Notes: generated from the sequence alone by a model not told the origin. Numbered from the stretch's first letter, positions 1-8,686 are shown. The stretch is 27,079 bases of DNA from Clostridiales bacterium UBA1728 (GCA_002315975.1 DCIK01000021.1:1-27079), one strand, 5' to 3'. Program-made: numbers and translations.

Positions 1-26
1 CTAGCGTGGGGTTTTCGCATTACAAT

Positions 27-54
27 CACACGCCCGCATTGCTGCGGGCGTGTG
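27..54 (-). terminator. GC-rich stem-loop just downstream of the URO-D-like gene
   Basis: Perfect 11-bp inverted repeat CACACGCCCGC (27-37) / GCGGGCGTGTG (44-54) with a 6-nt loop, 12 nt past the stop at 66-68. No clear U-tract on the minus strand. Confidence 0.3.
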
Positions 55-65
55 AGGCTTATCTC

Positions 66-1160
66 TCAGTTTCCGTAGAACTCGCGGCTGGCGCAGTAGA
101 GCTCAGAGGCCATAATCCACAGATCCTCGCTGTTGCCGCTCATGACGGAGGGCAGGTAGCCGCCGGTGGATGCAAACAGCTCCACATTCTCGCGGATGAG
201 CTGGCGGAGCTCTTCCTCGCTGTATTTGCGGCTGCGGTCATAATTCTCCAGTCCGGCGTAGAAGCCCAGCTTGTCGCCGTAGTCCTTCTTGTACGCGGGC
301 AGGTCGTTGACCCGGCGCTGTAGCTGCATGAAGTCAGCGCCCAGCTCCACAAAGGCGTCCAGGAACTTGTCTACCTTGCCGCAGCAGTGGAAGGTGTAGA
401 GCTTACCCATGCCGTGGGCGTGGTCGATCATCTTCTTGGTGGGCTCAAAGAGGAGCTCGCGCATCATGTCCGGGGAGAAGAAAGCGTCCTTCTCGGTGCC
501 CCAGTCGTCATGGATGCAGAAGAGGTCCACGGGGTAGAGTCCGGCCAGGCGATCCATAAGCCAGATCATCCAGTCGGTGAAGCGGTCGAAGAAGGCACGG
601 GTGGCCTCGGGCTCCACGAACATGGCCTCCAGCGCCTCGGAGAAGCCGCCCAGCAGGTCGGCCAGTGCCTGGAAGGGGCCGTGGTAGAGATCGAGAATCA
701 GGATGCGCTCGCTGTCGTACTCGTTCTTCATGAACTCGGCGGCGCGCTCGTCCAGATTGTACTCATGGAGGTCGGGCCACTTGATCTGCTCCTCCCACTT
801 GAGGATATCGTCGCAGACGCGGGTGCCGATGGTCATGCAGGCGCCGCCGGCAGCCCTGTCATAGGTCCAGCTGTTGCCGAAGGCATCGAAATAGGTGTAG
901 CGGGGACGGGGATCACCCAGCACGGGGCCCAGCTGATGGCCCTCGGGGCCCTTGGTGTAGATGTGCGCCATGTGCTGCTCCATGGTCTCGCCGGAGCCCA
1001 GAGGTACCCACATGGGGTTCTCGTGGCGGGCCATGCGGTAGAAGTTCTCCTTCACGGAGATGGGAGTCTCAAAGGCGGGCAGGTCCATGGGCTTGCCGCC
1101 GAAGGCAGATCTGGTCTGCTTCTTCGCGCCGGTGCCGTATGCAGGTCTTTCCAGAGCCAT
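66..1160 (-). CDS. uroporphyrinogen decarboxylase (URO-D) family protein, MtaA/CmuA-like methyltransferase type, paralog 1
   Basis: Full 364-aa ORF. Shares blocks with the 5515-6600 paralog (ENFYRMA..NPMWVP, HDDWGTEKD, FHCCGK), a pattern I recognise from URO-D-like methyltransferases. Family call is from recall, not a search. Confidence 0.6.
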   Translation of the reverse strand: MALERPAYGTGAKKQTRSAFGGKPMDLPAFETPISVKENFYRMARHENPMWVPLGSGETMEQHMAHIYTKGPEGHQLGPVLGDPRPRYTYFDAFGNSWTYDRAAGGACMTIGTRVCDDILKWEEQIKWPDLHEYNLDERAAEFMKNEYDSERILILDLYHGPFQALADLLGGFSEALEAMFVEPEATRAFFDRFTDWMIWLMDRLAGLYPVDLFCIHDDWGTEKDAFFSPDMMRELLFEPTKKMIDHAHGMGKLYTFHCCGKVDKFLDAFVELGADFMQLQRRVNDLPAYKKDYGDKLGFYAGLENYDRSRKYSEEELRQLIRENVELFASTGGYLPSVMSGNSEDLWIMASELYCASREFYGN

Positions 1161-1259
1161 AATGTTCCTCTTTTCCCGGCAGTTTTGCTGCCGCTGTATG
1201 TGTAAAGTCGGGATCTTTATGCATTCAGATTATAACACCGCTTCTTCAATGTGTCAATA

Positions 1260-1320
1260 TGGGAATTGGGGACGGTTCTCGATTACCAAAGTGGGAATTG
1301 AGAACCGTCCCCAATTCCCA
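1260..1320. repeat. long perfect inverted repeat in a divergent promoter region
   Basis: GGGAATTGGGGACGGTTCTC (1261-1280) and its exact reverse complement GAGAACCGTCCCCAATTCCC (1300-1319), 19-nt spacer, plus one flanking T:A pair. Confidence 0.8.
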
Positions 1321-1330
1321 CATTCCAGCC

Positions 1331-1359
1331 TTGCTTTTTCTTCCCGGATGGGGTAAAAT
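1331..1359 (+). promoter_or_regulatory. candidate sigmaA promoter for the VanY-like gene
   Basis: TTGCTT (1331-1336), 17-nt spacer, TAAAAT (1354-1359), about 30 nt upstream of the ATG at 1390. Confidence 0.35.
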
Positions 1360-1389
1360 GACGCGAATGCTTTATTAAAGGACGCACCC

Positions 1390-2259
1390 ATGAAAAAGAA
1401 AAAATCCAACCGGATCGTTCTGGTCTTTACGCTGTTTTTTATCGCTCTGGCTCTGCTGACTCTCCGCTATCTGGACAGAGACAACAGCCCCGTCAGCGCC
1501 ACGGCTGCGCCGGAGCTTGTGAATCGGAGCACCTCCGTCCCCGCCGAGATGCCGGAGGCACCTGCGGCAGTCTCTACCCCGGAGCCTACACCCACGCCCA
1601 CGCCGGAGCCCACAGTGAATCCCGACTCCCCCGAGGGTCGCGCCCTCGCGCTGGGGCTGCCCAAGCCCCCGGAGATTGACGCCACGAGCTGGGAGTTCAT
1701 CCTCGCCAACGGCGAGAACTCCATTGCCGAGTATGCCCCACCCTCCACCGTCACGCTGGAGGGGCAGATCATCGACGAGCGCATTGAGGAGCCGCTGAAG
1801 GCCATGGCCGCCGACACCCGCGCCCAGGGGCTGAGCGTTTATCTCTCCAGCGGCTACCGGAGCTATAACGAGCAGGCGCAGAACTTCATCCGCGTGTGCA
1901 ACAATAACGGCGTGTCGGACGGCAAGAACAGCGAGGGCTTCTACATCACCATGCCCGCCGGCTGCAGCGAGCACCAGACCGGTCTCTGCTGCGATATCAC
2001 CGATATGTACTACCCCACCAAAAACTCCTCGCTGGAGAACACCGCCATGTTCCAGTACATGAGCAGGCACTGCCAGGAGTTCGGCTTCATCGTCCGCTTC
2101 CCCAAGGGGCTGGAGCAGACCACCGGCGTCATGTACGAGCCCTTCCACTTCCGCTATGTGGGCGTGGAGGCCGCCACCTACATCATGGAGAACGGCATCT
2201 GTCTGGAGACCTTCCTGAGTCTGTATCGGGACGATATTGTGCCGGTGAAAATGCCGTAA
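1390..2259 (+). CDS. D-alanyl-D-alanine carboxypeptidase, peptidase M15B/VanY family, membrane anchored
   Basis: 289-aa ORF with an N-terminal TM helix ([17 protein letters not shown]) and a Pro/Thr/Glu linker. VanY-type motifs: [30 protein letters not shown]. Confidence 0.8.
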   Translation: MKKKKSNRIVLVFTLFFIALALLTLRYLDRDNSPVSATAAPELVNRSTSVPAEMPEAPAAVSTPEPTPTPTPEPTVNPDSPEGRALALGLPKPPEIDATSWEFILANGENSIAEYAPPSTVTLEGQIIDERIEEPLKAMAADTRAQGLSVYLSSGYRSYNEQAQNFIRVCNNNGVSDGKNSEGFYITMPAGCSEHQTGLCCDITDMYYPTKNSSLENTAMFQYMSRHCQEFGFIVRFPKGLEQTTGVMYEPFHFRYVGVEAATYIMENGICLETFLSLYRDDIVPVKMP

Positions 2260-2288
2260 GTGTGCTCAAATTTCCCCGCATTTTTTCC

Positions 2289-2318
2289 TTGACAAGCTCC
2301 CCCCCTCTATGGTACACT
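2289..2318 (+). promoter_or_regulatory. candidate promoter of the rplU-rpmA operon
   Basis: TTGACA (2289-2294), 18-nt spacer, TACACT (2313-2318). Confidence 0.45.
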
Positions 2319-2319
2319 A

Positions 2320-2401
2320 TCAAAGCCGCATCAAAGGGGTTTTATTTAAGTGCGTTTGCACACCCCCAGAGCGAGTCTGCAGAAAGGCAGGATTTGTCCT
2401 T
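2320..2401 (+). promoter_or_regulatory. 5' leader of rplU, possible L21 ribosomal-protein leader
   Basis: About 80 nt of untranslated leader between the promoter and the rplU ATG. Firmicutes commonly carry an L21 leader RNA here. Its structure was not verified by eye. Confidence 0.25.
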
Positions 2402-2716
2402 ATGAAGCACGCTGTCATCGTTACCGGCGGCAAGCAGTACCGCGTGGCCGAGGGCGACGTCATCTACGTTGAGAAGCTTCCCGTGGAAGCCGGCGAGACC
2501 GTCACCATCGATCAGGTTCTGGCCATCGTCGACGAAGAGTCTTCCGTGTTCGGCACCCCCGTGGTCGCCGGCGCCACCGTGACCGCCAAGGTCGAGAAGA
2601 ACGGCAAGGCCAAGAAGATTCGCGTCTACAAGATGAAGCCCAAGAAGAACTACCGGCGTACCCAGGGCCATCGTCAGCCCTACACCAAGCTCACCATCAG
2701 CGCTATCAACGGTTAA
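2402..2716 (+). CDS. rplU: 50S ribosomal protein L21
   Basis: [26 protein letters not shown]... is a canonical L21 sequence. Start taken at the internal ATG 2402 of ORF 2309-2716. Confidence 0.95.
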   Translation: MKHAVIVTGGKQYRVAEGDVIYVEKLPVEAGETVTIDQVLAIVDEESSVFGTPVVAGATVTAKVEKNGKAKKIRVYKMKPKKNYRRTQGHRQPYTKLTISAING

Positions 2717-2753
2717 TCGCCACACTATTTGACAATCGGAGGTGTAATTAAGC

Positions 2754-3014
2754 ATGGCACATAAGAAAGGCATGGGCAGCACCCGCAACGGTCGCGACAG
2801 CGAGTCTAAGCGTCTCGGGCCCAAGCGCGCCGACGGTCAGTTCGTTCTGGCCGGCAACATCCTTGTCAGACAGCGCGGCACCAAGATCCATCCCGGTGTG
2901 AATGTCGGTATCGGCGGTGACGATACCCTCTACGCTCTGGTGGACGGCACCGTGAAGTTCGAGCGCAAGGATGCGAATCGCAAGCAGGTCTCCGTGTACG
3001 AGATCGCCCAGTGA
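2754..3014 (+). CDS. rpmA: 50S ribosomal protein L27 (no N-terminal propeptide)
   Basis: [22 protein letters not shown]... is canonical L27. GGAGGTG RBS at 2738-2744. Confidence 0.95.
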   Translation: MAHKKGMGSTRNGRDSESKRLGPKRADGQFVLAGNILVRQRGTKIHPGVNVGIGGDDTLYALVDGTVKFERKDANRKQVSVYEIAQ

Positions 3015-3026
3015 TTCAGGCTATGA

Positions 3027-3059
3027 GGCGGGAGCAGGGTTTCTGTTCCCGCCTTTTTT
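3027..3059 (+). terminator. rho-independent terminator after rpmA
   Basis: GGCGGGAGCAG / CTGTTCCCGCC stem (one mismatch) followed by TTTTTT (3054-3059). Confidence 0.7.
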
Positions 3060-3161
3060 CGTCTTCGTTCAATCAGGGTATTATTACAGGAGCAGAGCTC
3101 CTGTTATAATAATTCAACTTTTTTCGCGCAAGGCGCGAACTCTGCGAGGCTGAGGTATACT

Positions 3162-4445
3162 ATGGCAAATACTTTTGTCGATAAAGTCAATATCACCGTG
3201 CGCGCCGGTCGCGGCGGTGACGGTGCGGTGAGCTTTCACCGGGAAAAATACGTGGCTGCCGGCGGCCCCGACGGCGGTGACGGCGGCAAGGGCGGCGACA
3301 TCGTCTTTGTGGTAGACGAGCATATGTCCACCCTGCTGGACTTCCGTTATAAGCGGAAGTACATTGCCGGTGACGGTCAGAACGGGCAGAACAAGCGCTG
3401 CAGCGGCAAGGACGGTCAGACCCTGTATATCAAGGTGCCCCGGGGTACCCTGATTCGCCACAGGGAAAGCGGCGGTATCATGGCGGACCTGTCCGAGACC
3501 GCGCAGGTGACCATTGCCAGGGGCGGCAACGGCGGCTGGGGCAACCAGCACTTCGCCACGCCTACCCGGCAGGTGCCCCGCTTCGCCAAGCCCGGTCTGG
3601 AAGGCGAGGCCTTTGAGCTGACGCTGGAGCTGAAGCTCCTTGCCGATGTGGGTCTGGTGGGCTTCCCCAATGTGGGAAAGAGCACCCTGCTGAGCAGCGT
3701 GAGCCGTGCCCGGCCCAAGATCGCCGACTACCACTTCACCACCCTCTCCCCCAATCTGGGCGTGGTCTACATTGACGAGGGCGTGAGCTTCGTGCTGGCC
3801 GACATCCCCGGCATCATCGAGGGTGCCAGTGAGGGCGCCGGTCTGGGCCACGACTTCCTCCGGCACATTGACCGCTGCCGCCTGCTCATTCACGTGGTAG
3901 ACGGCTCCGGCAGCGAGGGCCGCGACCCCATTGAGGACTTTGAGGCCATCAACAAGGAGCTGCGGGAATACTCCCCCGAGCTCTCCAGGCGTCCCCAGAT
4001 CGTCTGCGCCAACAAGTGCGACATTCTTGGCGATGAACGGGAAGGTCTGGAGAAGCTGAAGGCCTATGTGGAGGCTCAGGGCTACGAATTCTACGAGATT
4101 TCCGCCGCCACCCAGAAGGGCGTACGGGAGCTCATGGGTCACGCCGCCGCACGCTTGCAGGAGCTGCCCCCCATCGCCGTCTACGAGCCCGACTATGTGC
4201 CCGTGGAGGAGAACCGGGGCGAGCCCGAGGATACCGAAATGCGTCTGGAGGGCGACACCTGGTATCTGGAGGGCGCATGGCTCTCCCGCATGGTGGCCCG
4301 CACCAACTTCACCGACTACGAAAGCCGGATGTACTTCGACCGCACCCTCCGCGACAACAACATCTATAAGATGCTGGAGGAGCGCGGCATTGTGGACGGA
4401 CAGTTTATCAATGTGGAAGGTCTGGAGTTCGAGTACCGGAGCTGA
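3162..4445 (+). CDS. obg: GTPase Obg/CgtA
   Basis: 427 aa. Glycine-rich Obg fold at the N-terminus (RAGRGGDGAVSFHREKYVAAGGPDGGDGGKGGDIVF), G1 motif GFPNVGKST, and a C-terminal OCT-like domain. Confidence 0.95.
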   Translation: MANTFVDKVNITVRAGRGGDGAVSFHREKYVAAGGPDGGDGGKGGDIVFVVDEHMSTLLDFRYKRKYIAGDGQNGQNKRCSGKDGQTLYIKVPRGTLIRHRESGGIMADLSETAQVTIARGGNGGWGNQHFATPTRQVPRFAKPGLEGEAFELTLELKLLADVGLVGFPNVGKSTLLSSVSRARPKIADYHFTTLSPNLGVVYIDEGVSFVLADIPGIIEGASEGAGLGHDFLRHIDRCRLLIHVVDGSGSEGRDPIEDFEAINKELREYSPELSRRPQIVCANKCDILGDEREGLEKLKAYVEAQGYEFYEISAATQKGVRELMGHAAARLQELPPIAVYEPDYVPVEENRGEPEDTEMRLEGDTWYLEGAWLSRMVARTNFTDYESRMYFDRTLRDNNIYKMLEERGIVDGQFINVEGLEFEYRS

Positions 4446-4479
4446 TTCTTCCCCTTGCCGTCCCTTCTGGGGTGCAGCC

Positions 4480-4655
4480 GGTAGTGAATGACACGCCGGG
4501 GGCGTGTCAGAGCCGGCGCGAAGCGCCTGAGGGATCATATGCGGAAAATTCCGGAAAAAGCGACTGAAAAAGTCGCACCATGCATAAAAACACAGAACAC
4601 TCTCGGCTCCCCTGTTGCGAAGCAATGGGGGAGCTGTCGCGAAGCGACTGAAGGG
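4480..4655. repeat. mosaic intergenic hairpin-repeat cluster (modules B, C, D)
   Basis: B = GGTAGTGAATGACACGCCGGGGGCGTGTCAGAGCCG (4480-4515). C = CTCTCGGCTCCCCTGTTGCGAAGCAATGGG (about 4599-4628). D = GCTGTCGCGAAGCGACTGAAGGGG (about 4632-4655). All three recur reverse-complemented and in a different order at 15628-15746. Confidence 0.85.
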
Positions 4656-4666
4656 GTATGTGCCAT

Positions 4667-5281
4667 TCAAATGGCTTTCCGCAGCCAGGAGAGTGCCTTA
4701 TCCAGCCCGCCCAGCTCGTCGATGAGTCCTTCCCGCACGGCCTGTTCGCCGTAGAGGACGCTGCCCACATCCTGGGTCAGTTCCCCGGTGGCGTTGGTCA
4801 GTGCGTCCAGCCTTTTGCGGCTGATGTGCGAGTGGTGCACGGTGAACTCGGCGATGCGCTCCTGAATGCGCTCGAAGTAGCTCCAGGTCTGGGGCACGCC
4901 GATGACCGTGCCGTTGAGCCGCACCGGGTGGAGGGTCATGGCCGCCGAGGGCACCATAAAGCTCCGCTGTGCCGCCACCGCCAAGGGTACACCGATGGAG
5001 TGGCCGCCGCCCAGCACCAGCGAGGCCGTGGGCTTGGTCATGGAGGCGATGAGCTCGGCCATGGCCAGCCCCGCTTCAATGTCTCCGCCCACGGTGTTGA
5101 GCAGGAGCAGCAGAGCCGTGGCGCTCTCGTCCTCCTCGATGGCGCAGAGCAGAGGCAGCATATGCTCGTATTTGGTGGTCTTGCTCTCCGGCGGCAGGAG
5201 GGTATGCCCCTCGATCTGGCCGATGATGGTCAGAATGCGGATGCCGCCCGCCGCGGAAACCGCGCAGTTTTCTTCATTCAT
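4667..5281 (-). CDS. ClpP-family serine protease-like protein (TepA-like)
   Basis: 204 aa from ATG 5281 (internal Met of ORF 4667-5395), with RBS GGGGGTG. ClpP/TepA-like blocks: LLLLLNTVGGDIEAGLAMAELI, GGGHSIGVPLAV. Confidence 0.6.
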   Translation of the reverse strand: MNEENCAVSAAGGIRILTIIGQIEGHTLLPPESKTTKYEHMLPLLCAIEEDESATALLLLLNTVGGDIEAGLAMAELIASMTKPTASLVLGGGHSIGVPLAVAAQRSFMVPSAAMTLHPVRLNGTVIGVPQTWSYFERIQERIAEFTVHHSHISRKRLDALTNATGELTQDVGSVLYGEQAVREGLIDELGGLDKALSWLRKAI

Positions 5282-5290
5282 ATGAAAACA

Positions 5291-5319
5291 CCCCCACGGC
5301 ACAGTCTGCGCCGTGGGGG
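5291..5319 (-). promoter_or_regulatory. 10-bp GC hairpin overlapping the RBS of the TepA-like gene
   Basis: CCCCCACGGC (5291-5300) / GCCGTGGGGG (5310-5319), 9-nt loop. On the minus strand the 3' arm contains the GGGGG RBS and is followed by TGTTTTC then the ATG. Confidence 0.5.
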
Positions 5320-5475
5320 TGTGGTTTATTCTGCCTCGCAGAGTTTGCCGCTTTGCGGCAAAAAACGAAATCATTATGATGTGAGCTCTGCCCACATCAT
5401 AATACCCTGAGGCGCGGTATCATGCCGCGCCCTCATGCCGACCAAGGCGGCAAAGCCGCCGCGATAAGCATGAGC

Positions 5476-5508
5476 AAAGCTCAAAGGAGATGGCTTTGCC
5501 ATCTCCTT
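5476..5508 (-). terminator. stem-loop downstream of URO-D paralog 2
   Basis: CAAAGGAGATGGC / GCCATCTCCTTTG, perfect 13-bp stem with a 3-nt loop, ending a few nt below the stop codon at 5515-5517. Weak U-tract. Confidence 0.4.
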
Positions 5509-5514
5509 TGATGT

Positions 5515-6600
5515 TTACACTCTCTTATACAGCTTGTTGTAATAGTTCAAAGAGTAGTTATACAGCTCGTCGCGGGCGATGGCGGCCTGATCGGGCTTGG
5601 TGCGGATGATGGCAACGCAGCGGCCGTTGGCACCGAACTTTTCCACATAGGCATCCACGGCATCGCGGGTCTGCTGCTCGTTCCACTGGGGATTGAGGTT
5701 CATGACAAAGCCGAAGGTCAGCTCCTTGTTGAAGTTGGCAAGCAGCTCGTCGGGGTCGTTGATGGGCTGCTGGGGGCTCCACATATCCACGCCCATGTCG
5801 ATCATCTCGGGGCAGTACTGGATGTTCTTGCCGCAGGAGTGGAGCTCGATGAACTTGCCCTGCGCCTTCAGGGTCTGGAAGAAGCGCTTGGTGGGGGGAA
5901 CGATGAACTCGCGGAACATCTCGTTGGAGTAGAAGCCGGCGCGCTGGGTACCCCAGTCGTCGTGGTAGAGGACGCCGTCCACGCGGCCATAGTTGTCGAT
6001 GACCTTCTGGCAGAGCTCGATCTTGTAGTCGGCCATCTTCTCCAGAAAGCGGTGCATGGCCTCGGGCTCGGTATAGAAGGAGAGCAGATACTCGTCAAAG
6101 GGCATCATCTCGTGAACACGCTCGGTGATGCCTTCCACGCACTGATAGACATGGGCGCGGTTGGGATCGAGGTTGGCGGCGAGCTTGGCACCGTCGGCCT
6201 TCCAGTCGGGGAGACTCAGGTCAGGCCAGTCAAAGTCGTTCTCCCAGTGCTCAAAGTCGTTGATGACGCGGGTGCCGGGCATGGTGATGGAGCCGCCGGC
6301 AGAGGGAACCCACTGCCACAGAACGCCCCACCAGTCGTAGTCGTCCACGGTTTCGGGGACGGGGTGCTCCTCGATGGCATCGGGCCAGATAGTGTTGGTG
6401 TCGTTGCCGGAAACGGGAATCCAGTAGGGCTGATTGCCGGTGACGGCGCGCTTATAGTTCTCGGCCACGGTCACAGGATAGTCACGGGCCTCCAGGGGAG
6501 CCTTGGGCTTCTGCATCATGGCGGGCATGGACTTGGGATCCTGCCAGTACCGGCTGTAGTCGCGCTCGGCGGCGCGCTGCATAAACTTGCTGACGCTCAT
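5515..6600 (-). CDS. uroporphyrinogen decarboxylase (URO-D) family protein, MtaA/CmuA-like, paralog 2
   Basis: Only the last 361 aa (MSVSKFMQRAAERDY...) of the 1019-aa ORF 5515-8574 look real. ATG at 6598-6600 is preceded by a GGAGGA RBS. Blocks HDDWGTQRAG and LHSCGK parallel the 66-1160 paralog. Confidence 0.6.
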   Translation of the reverse strand: MSVSKFMQRAAERDYSRYWQDPKSMPAMMQKPKAPLEARDYPVTVAENYKRAVTGNQPYWIPVSGNDTNTIWPDAIEEHPVPETVDDYDWWGVLWQWVPSAGGSITMPGTRVINDFEHWENDFDWPDLSLPDWKADGAKLAANLDPNRAHVYQCVEGITERVHEMMPFDEYLLSFYTEPEAMHRFLEKMADYKIELCQKVIDNYGRVDGVLYHDDWGTQRAGFYSNEMFREFIVPPTKRFFQTLKAQGKFIELHSCGKNIQYCPEMIDMGVDMWSPQQPINDPDELLANFNKELTFGFVMNLNPQWNEQQTRDAVDAYVEKFGANGRCVAIIRTKPDQAAIARDELYNYSLNYYNKLYKRV

Positions 6601-6786
6601 GTTCGTTCCTCCTATGTTTTGATATTGAGATTGCATTAAAACCTGTTCTATGCTATTATACTCATAAAATACGGCTCTTCCAATGGACAGGCGGCATAAT
6701 CTCACGGGTGTTTTTCCCCTGCGTTTTTGTGCAAATGCGTCCCGGAAGCCGGCAAGAGTCCAAGAGCTCAACGGGGAGAAGAGAGA

Positions 6787-8229
6787 ATGAAGCTTAGTAT
6801 GTGGATGATCGCCAACCGGCTCAGCGCCATGGATATGGAGACCGAGCTCTCCGAGGACGCGGGCGTTACCCTCAATTCCGCACGGCTGGCCTACGCCACC
6901 AACTGCGTCCATATCTACGCCGAGGGCAGCGATGTGGTCTGCAAGGGGGACGGCGGCACTCTCCGCTTCCGCAATATGGACCTGCGCACGGGCTTTGAGG
7001 TGGTGCAGAGCGTTTTCGATTACTTTGAGGACTGGAAGAGCTGTATGCAGGAGGACATCAACGCCCTGAATTTTCAGGCGGCCATCTCTCTTGCGTGGCA
7101 GGTGCTCCGGAACCCGCTCGTCCTCTTCGACGGCAACAACCGGGTGCTGGGCATCACGAGGCAGTACTCCCCCGACGCGCTGGATGTGGAATGGAGCTAC
7201 CTCTCCCGCTTCGGCTACTCCTCGCTGGACGCCGTCCGCTCCCTCCGCCGCAGCTCCCGACCTATGACGCTCCTGCGCAAAAGCGCCGTCCCCGGCGTTG
7301 TGGCCGCCGACACCGCGCAGGTGAACTACGGAAGCGCCACCTTCGCTCTGAGCTGGGGCGACATGAACTGCGGCAGACTTACGATTCTCTCCAGCGAGCG
7401 GCCCCTGAACCCCGGAGACTATCAGCTCATGGAGCTTCTGGTGCAGATGCTGGAGCCGGCGCTGGGGCAGATGTCCTACCGCAGCGAGAAAAGCTCTGCG
7501 GTGGACGTGTTTCTGAACCTGCTGCTGGGCAAGCCCTACGGGGAGGATCAGCTCAGCGCCCGTCTGCGCTACACCGCCTGGTCGGCGGAGGAGCTCTACT
7601 ATCTCTGCGTTCTGCGCATGGAAGGCGAGGAGGAAGGCCCGGAGCTCTACACCGGGCAGCTGCGCTCCATCCTCCAGAGCAATATTTATAATACCGTCGC
7701 GCTGAAAAACGAGGGCGATCTGATTCTCCTCAGTACCCGGGACCTGAGCCGGGACCCTGCCGCTCTGGAGGTTCTCGCCAGACTCCGGGAGAAGAACTCC
7801 CTGCGCATGGGCTTCAGCATCGCCAGCCGGGGCATCGTGGGCATCGGTGCCCTCTATGCCCAGACCCGCTACGCCCTCGCCCGCTTTGATTGGAGCAGTG
7901 GGCTCCCCTTCTGCCGCTTCTTTGATCTGGCCATTGACTATATGCTGGAAATGCCGCTGGGACAGGCGGTGAGCGCCGTGATGCCCTCGGTGCAGGCGCT
8001 GTGGCAGGAGTGCCGGGGCGGCGATGATCTGGTCAACACCCTCCGCTGCTACCTCCGCAACAACTGCTCCGCCGTCAAGACCGCCGGCGATCTCTACATT
8101 CACCGCAACACCGTCCTCTACCGGGTGCAGAAGGCCGAGGAGCAGCTGGGGCTGGACTTCCACCGCTGCTATGACCGGAGCTATTTCCTCATAGCCGTGA
8201 AAATTCTGGAGCTTAATTCTCGTTTTTAA
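6787..8229 (+). CDS. PucR/CdaR-family transcriptional regulator
   Basis: 480 aa from ATG 6787. C-terminal PucR-type HTH (TLRCYLRNNCSAVKTAGDLYIHRNTVLYRVQKAEEQLGLDF). Divergent from URO-D paralog 2. Confidence 0.75.
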   Translation: MKLSMWMIANRLSAMDMETELSEDAGVTLNSARLAYATNCVHIYAEGSDVVCKGDGGTLRFRNMDLRTGFEVVQSVFDYFEDWKSCMQEDINALNFQAAISLAWQVLRNPLVLFDGNNRVLGITRQYSPDALDVEWSYLSRFGYSSLDAVRSLRRSSRPMTLLRKSAVPGVVAADTAQVNYGSATFALSWGDMNCGRLTILSSERPLNPGDYQLMELLVQMLEPALGQMSYRSEKSSAVDVFLNLLLGKPYGEDQLSARLRYTAWSAEELYYLCVLRMEGEEEGPELYTGQLRSILQSNIYNTVALKNEGDLILLSTRDLSRDPAALEVLARLREKNSLRMGFSIASRGIVGIGALYAQTRYALARFDWSSGLPFCRFFDLAIDYMLEMPLGQAVSAVMPSVQALWQECRGGDDLVNTLRCYLRNNCSAVKTAGDLYIHRNTVLYRVQKAEEQLGLDFHRCYDRSYFLIAVKILELNSRF

Positions 8230-8259
8230 TCGAGAGCCGAAGAAAAGGAGCCGTGAGCT

Positions 8260-8637
8260 TTGAAACGCATTCTGTATTTTTTTGTCGCGGCGCTGCTGCT
8301 GGCGGGGCTCGCCGTCTATGCGCTGGGGCAGACTGTGGTGACCTCCGCCTATATCGGAAACTACAGCATTTCCGAGGACGGCAGCGAGCTGCGCTTTTCC
8401 GTAGGTGTGGGTAGCTCCATGGGATATGTCCGCTCCTATAAGGACGAGCACAGCGGAAACGAGCACTATCTGCGCTTCTATTACGCCTGGGGCGGCTTCA
8501 ACAGCCGCTGGGGTGCAAAGAGCGAGTACTTTCTCCCCCTCTCCCCCACCGACACCGCTATCTATGTAAAGCACAGCAAGGGCTATCAGCTCGCGCTGGA
8601 GAAAGACGCAGAAGGGGTTTGGGTGAGGGGTGAATAG
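8260..8637 (+). CDS. small secreted or membrane-anchored hypothetical protein
   Basis: 125-aa ORF with a TTG start 9 nt after AAAGGAG. N-terminal hydrophobic signal/anchor (ILYFFVAALLLAGLAVYALG). No family recognised. Confidence 0.45.
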   Translation: MKRILYFFVAALLLAGLAVYALGQTVVTSAYIGNYSISEDGSELRFSVGVGSSMGYVRSYKDEHSGNEHYLRFYYAWGGFNSRWGAKSEYFLPLSPTDTAIYVKHSKGYQLALEKDAEGVWVRGE

Positions 8638-8686
8638 GCCGCTCTACACTGCCATATTCCTGTAGACTTTTCTTTGTTCTTTACTA

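Noticed and set aside
1570-1625. Repetitive CCCACGCCCACGCCGGAGCCCACA stretch
   Set aside because: It encodes the [12 protein letters not shown] Pro/Thr linker of the VanY-like protein. This is low-complexity coding sequence, not an independent DNA repeat element.
3114-4670. 518-aa minus-strand ORF antisense to obg; similar long antisense ORFs at 387-1205, 1375-2148, 4658-5410, 5839-6639, 11132-12472, 12550-13878, 13986-15122, 15758-17944, 18039-18767, 18770-20674, 22778-23635 and 25653-26714
   Set aside because: Each overlaps a confidently identified gene on the opposite strand, lacks an RBS, and has low-complexity G/A/V/L/R-rich sequence. These are expected stop-codon-poor antisense frames in GC-rich DNA.
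5515-8574. 1019-aa minus-strand ORF
   Set aside because: Chimeric. Only the C-terminal 361 aa (5515-6600) have an RBS and family similarity. The remainder runs antisense to the PucR regulator and the 8260-8637 gene, with the Ala/Gly/Arg-rich composition typical of high-GC shadow ORFs.
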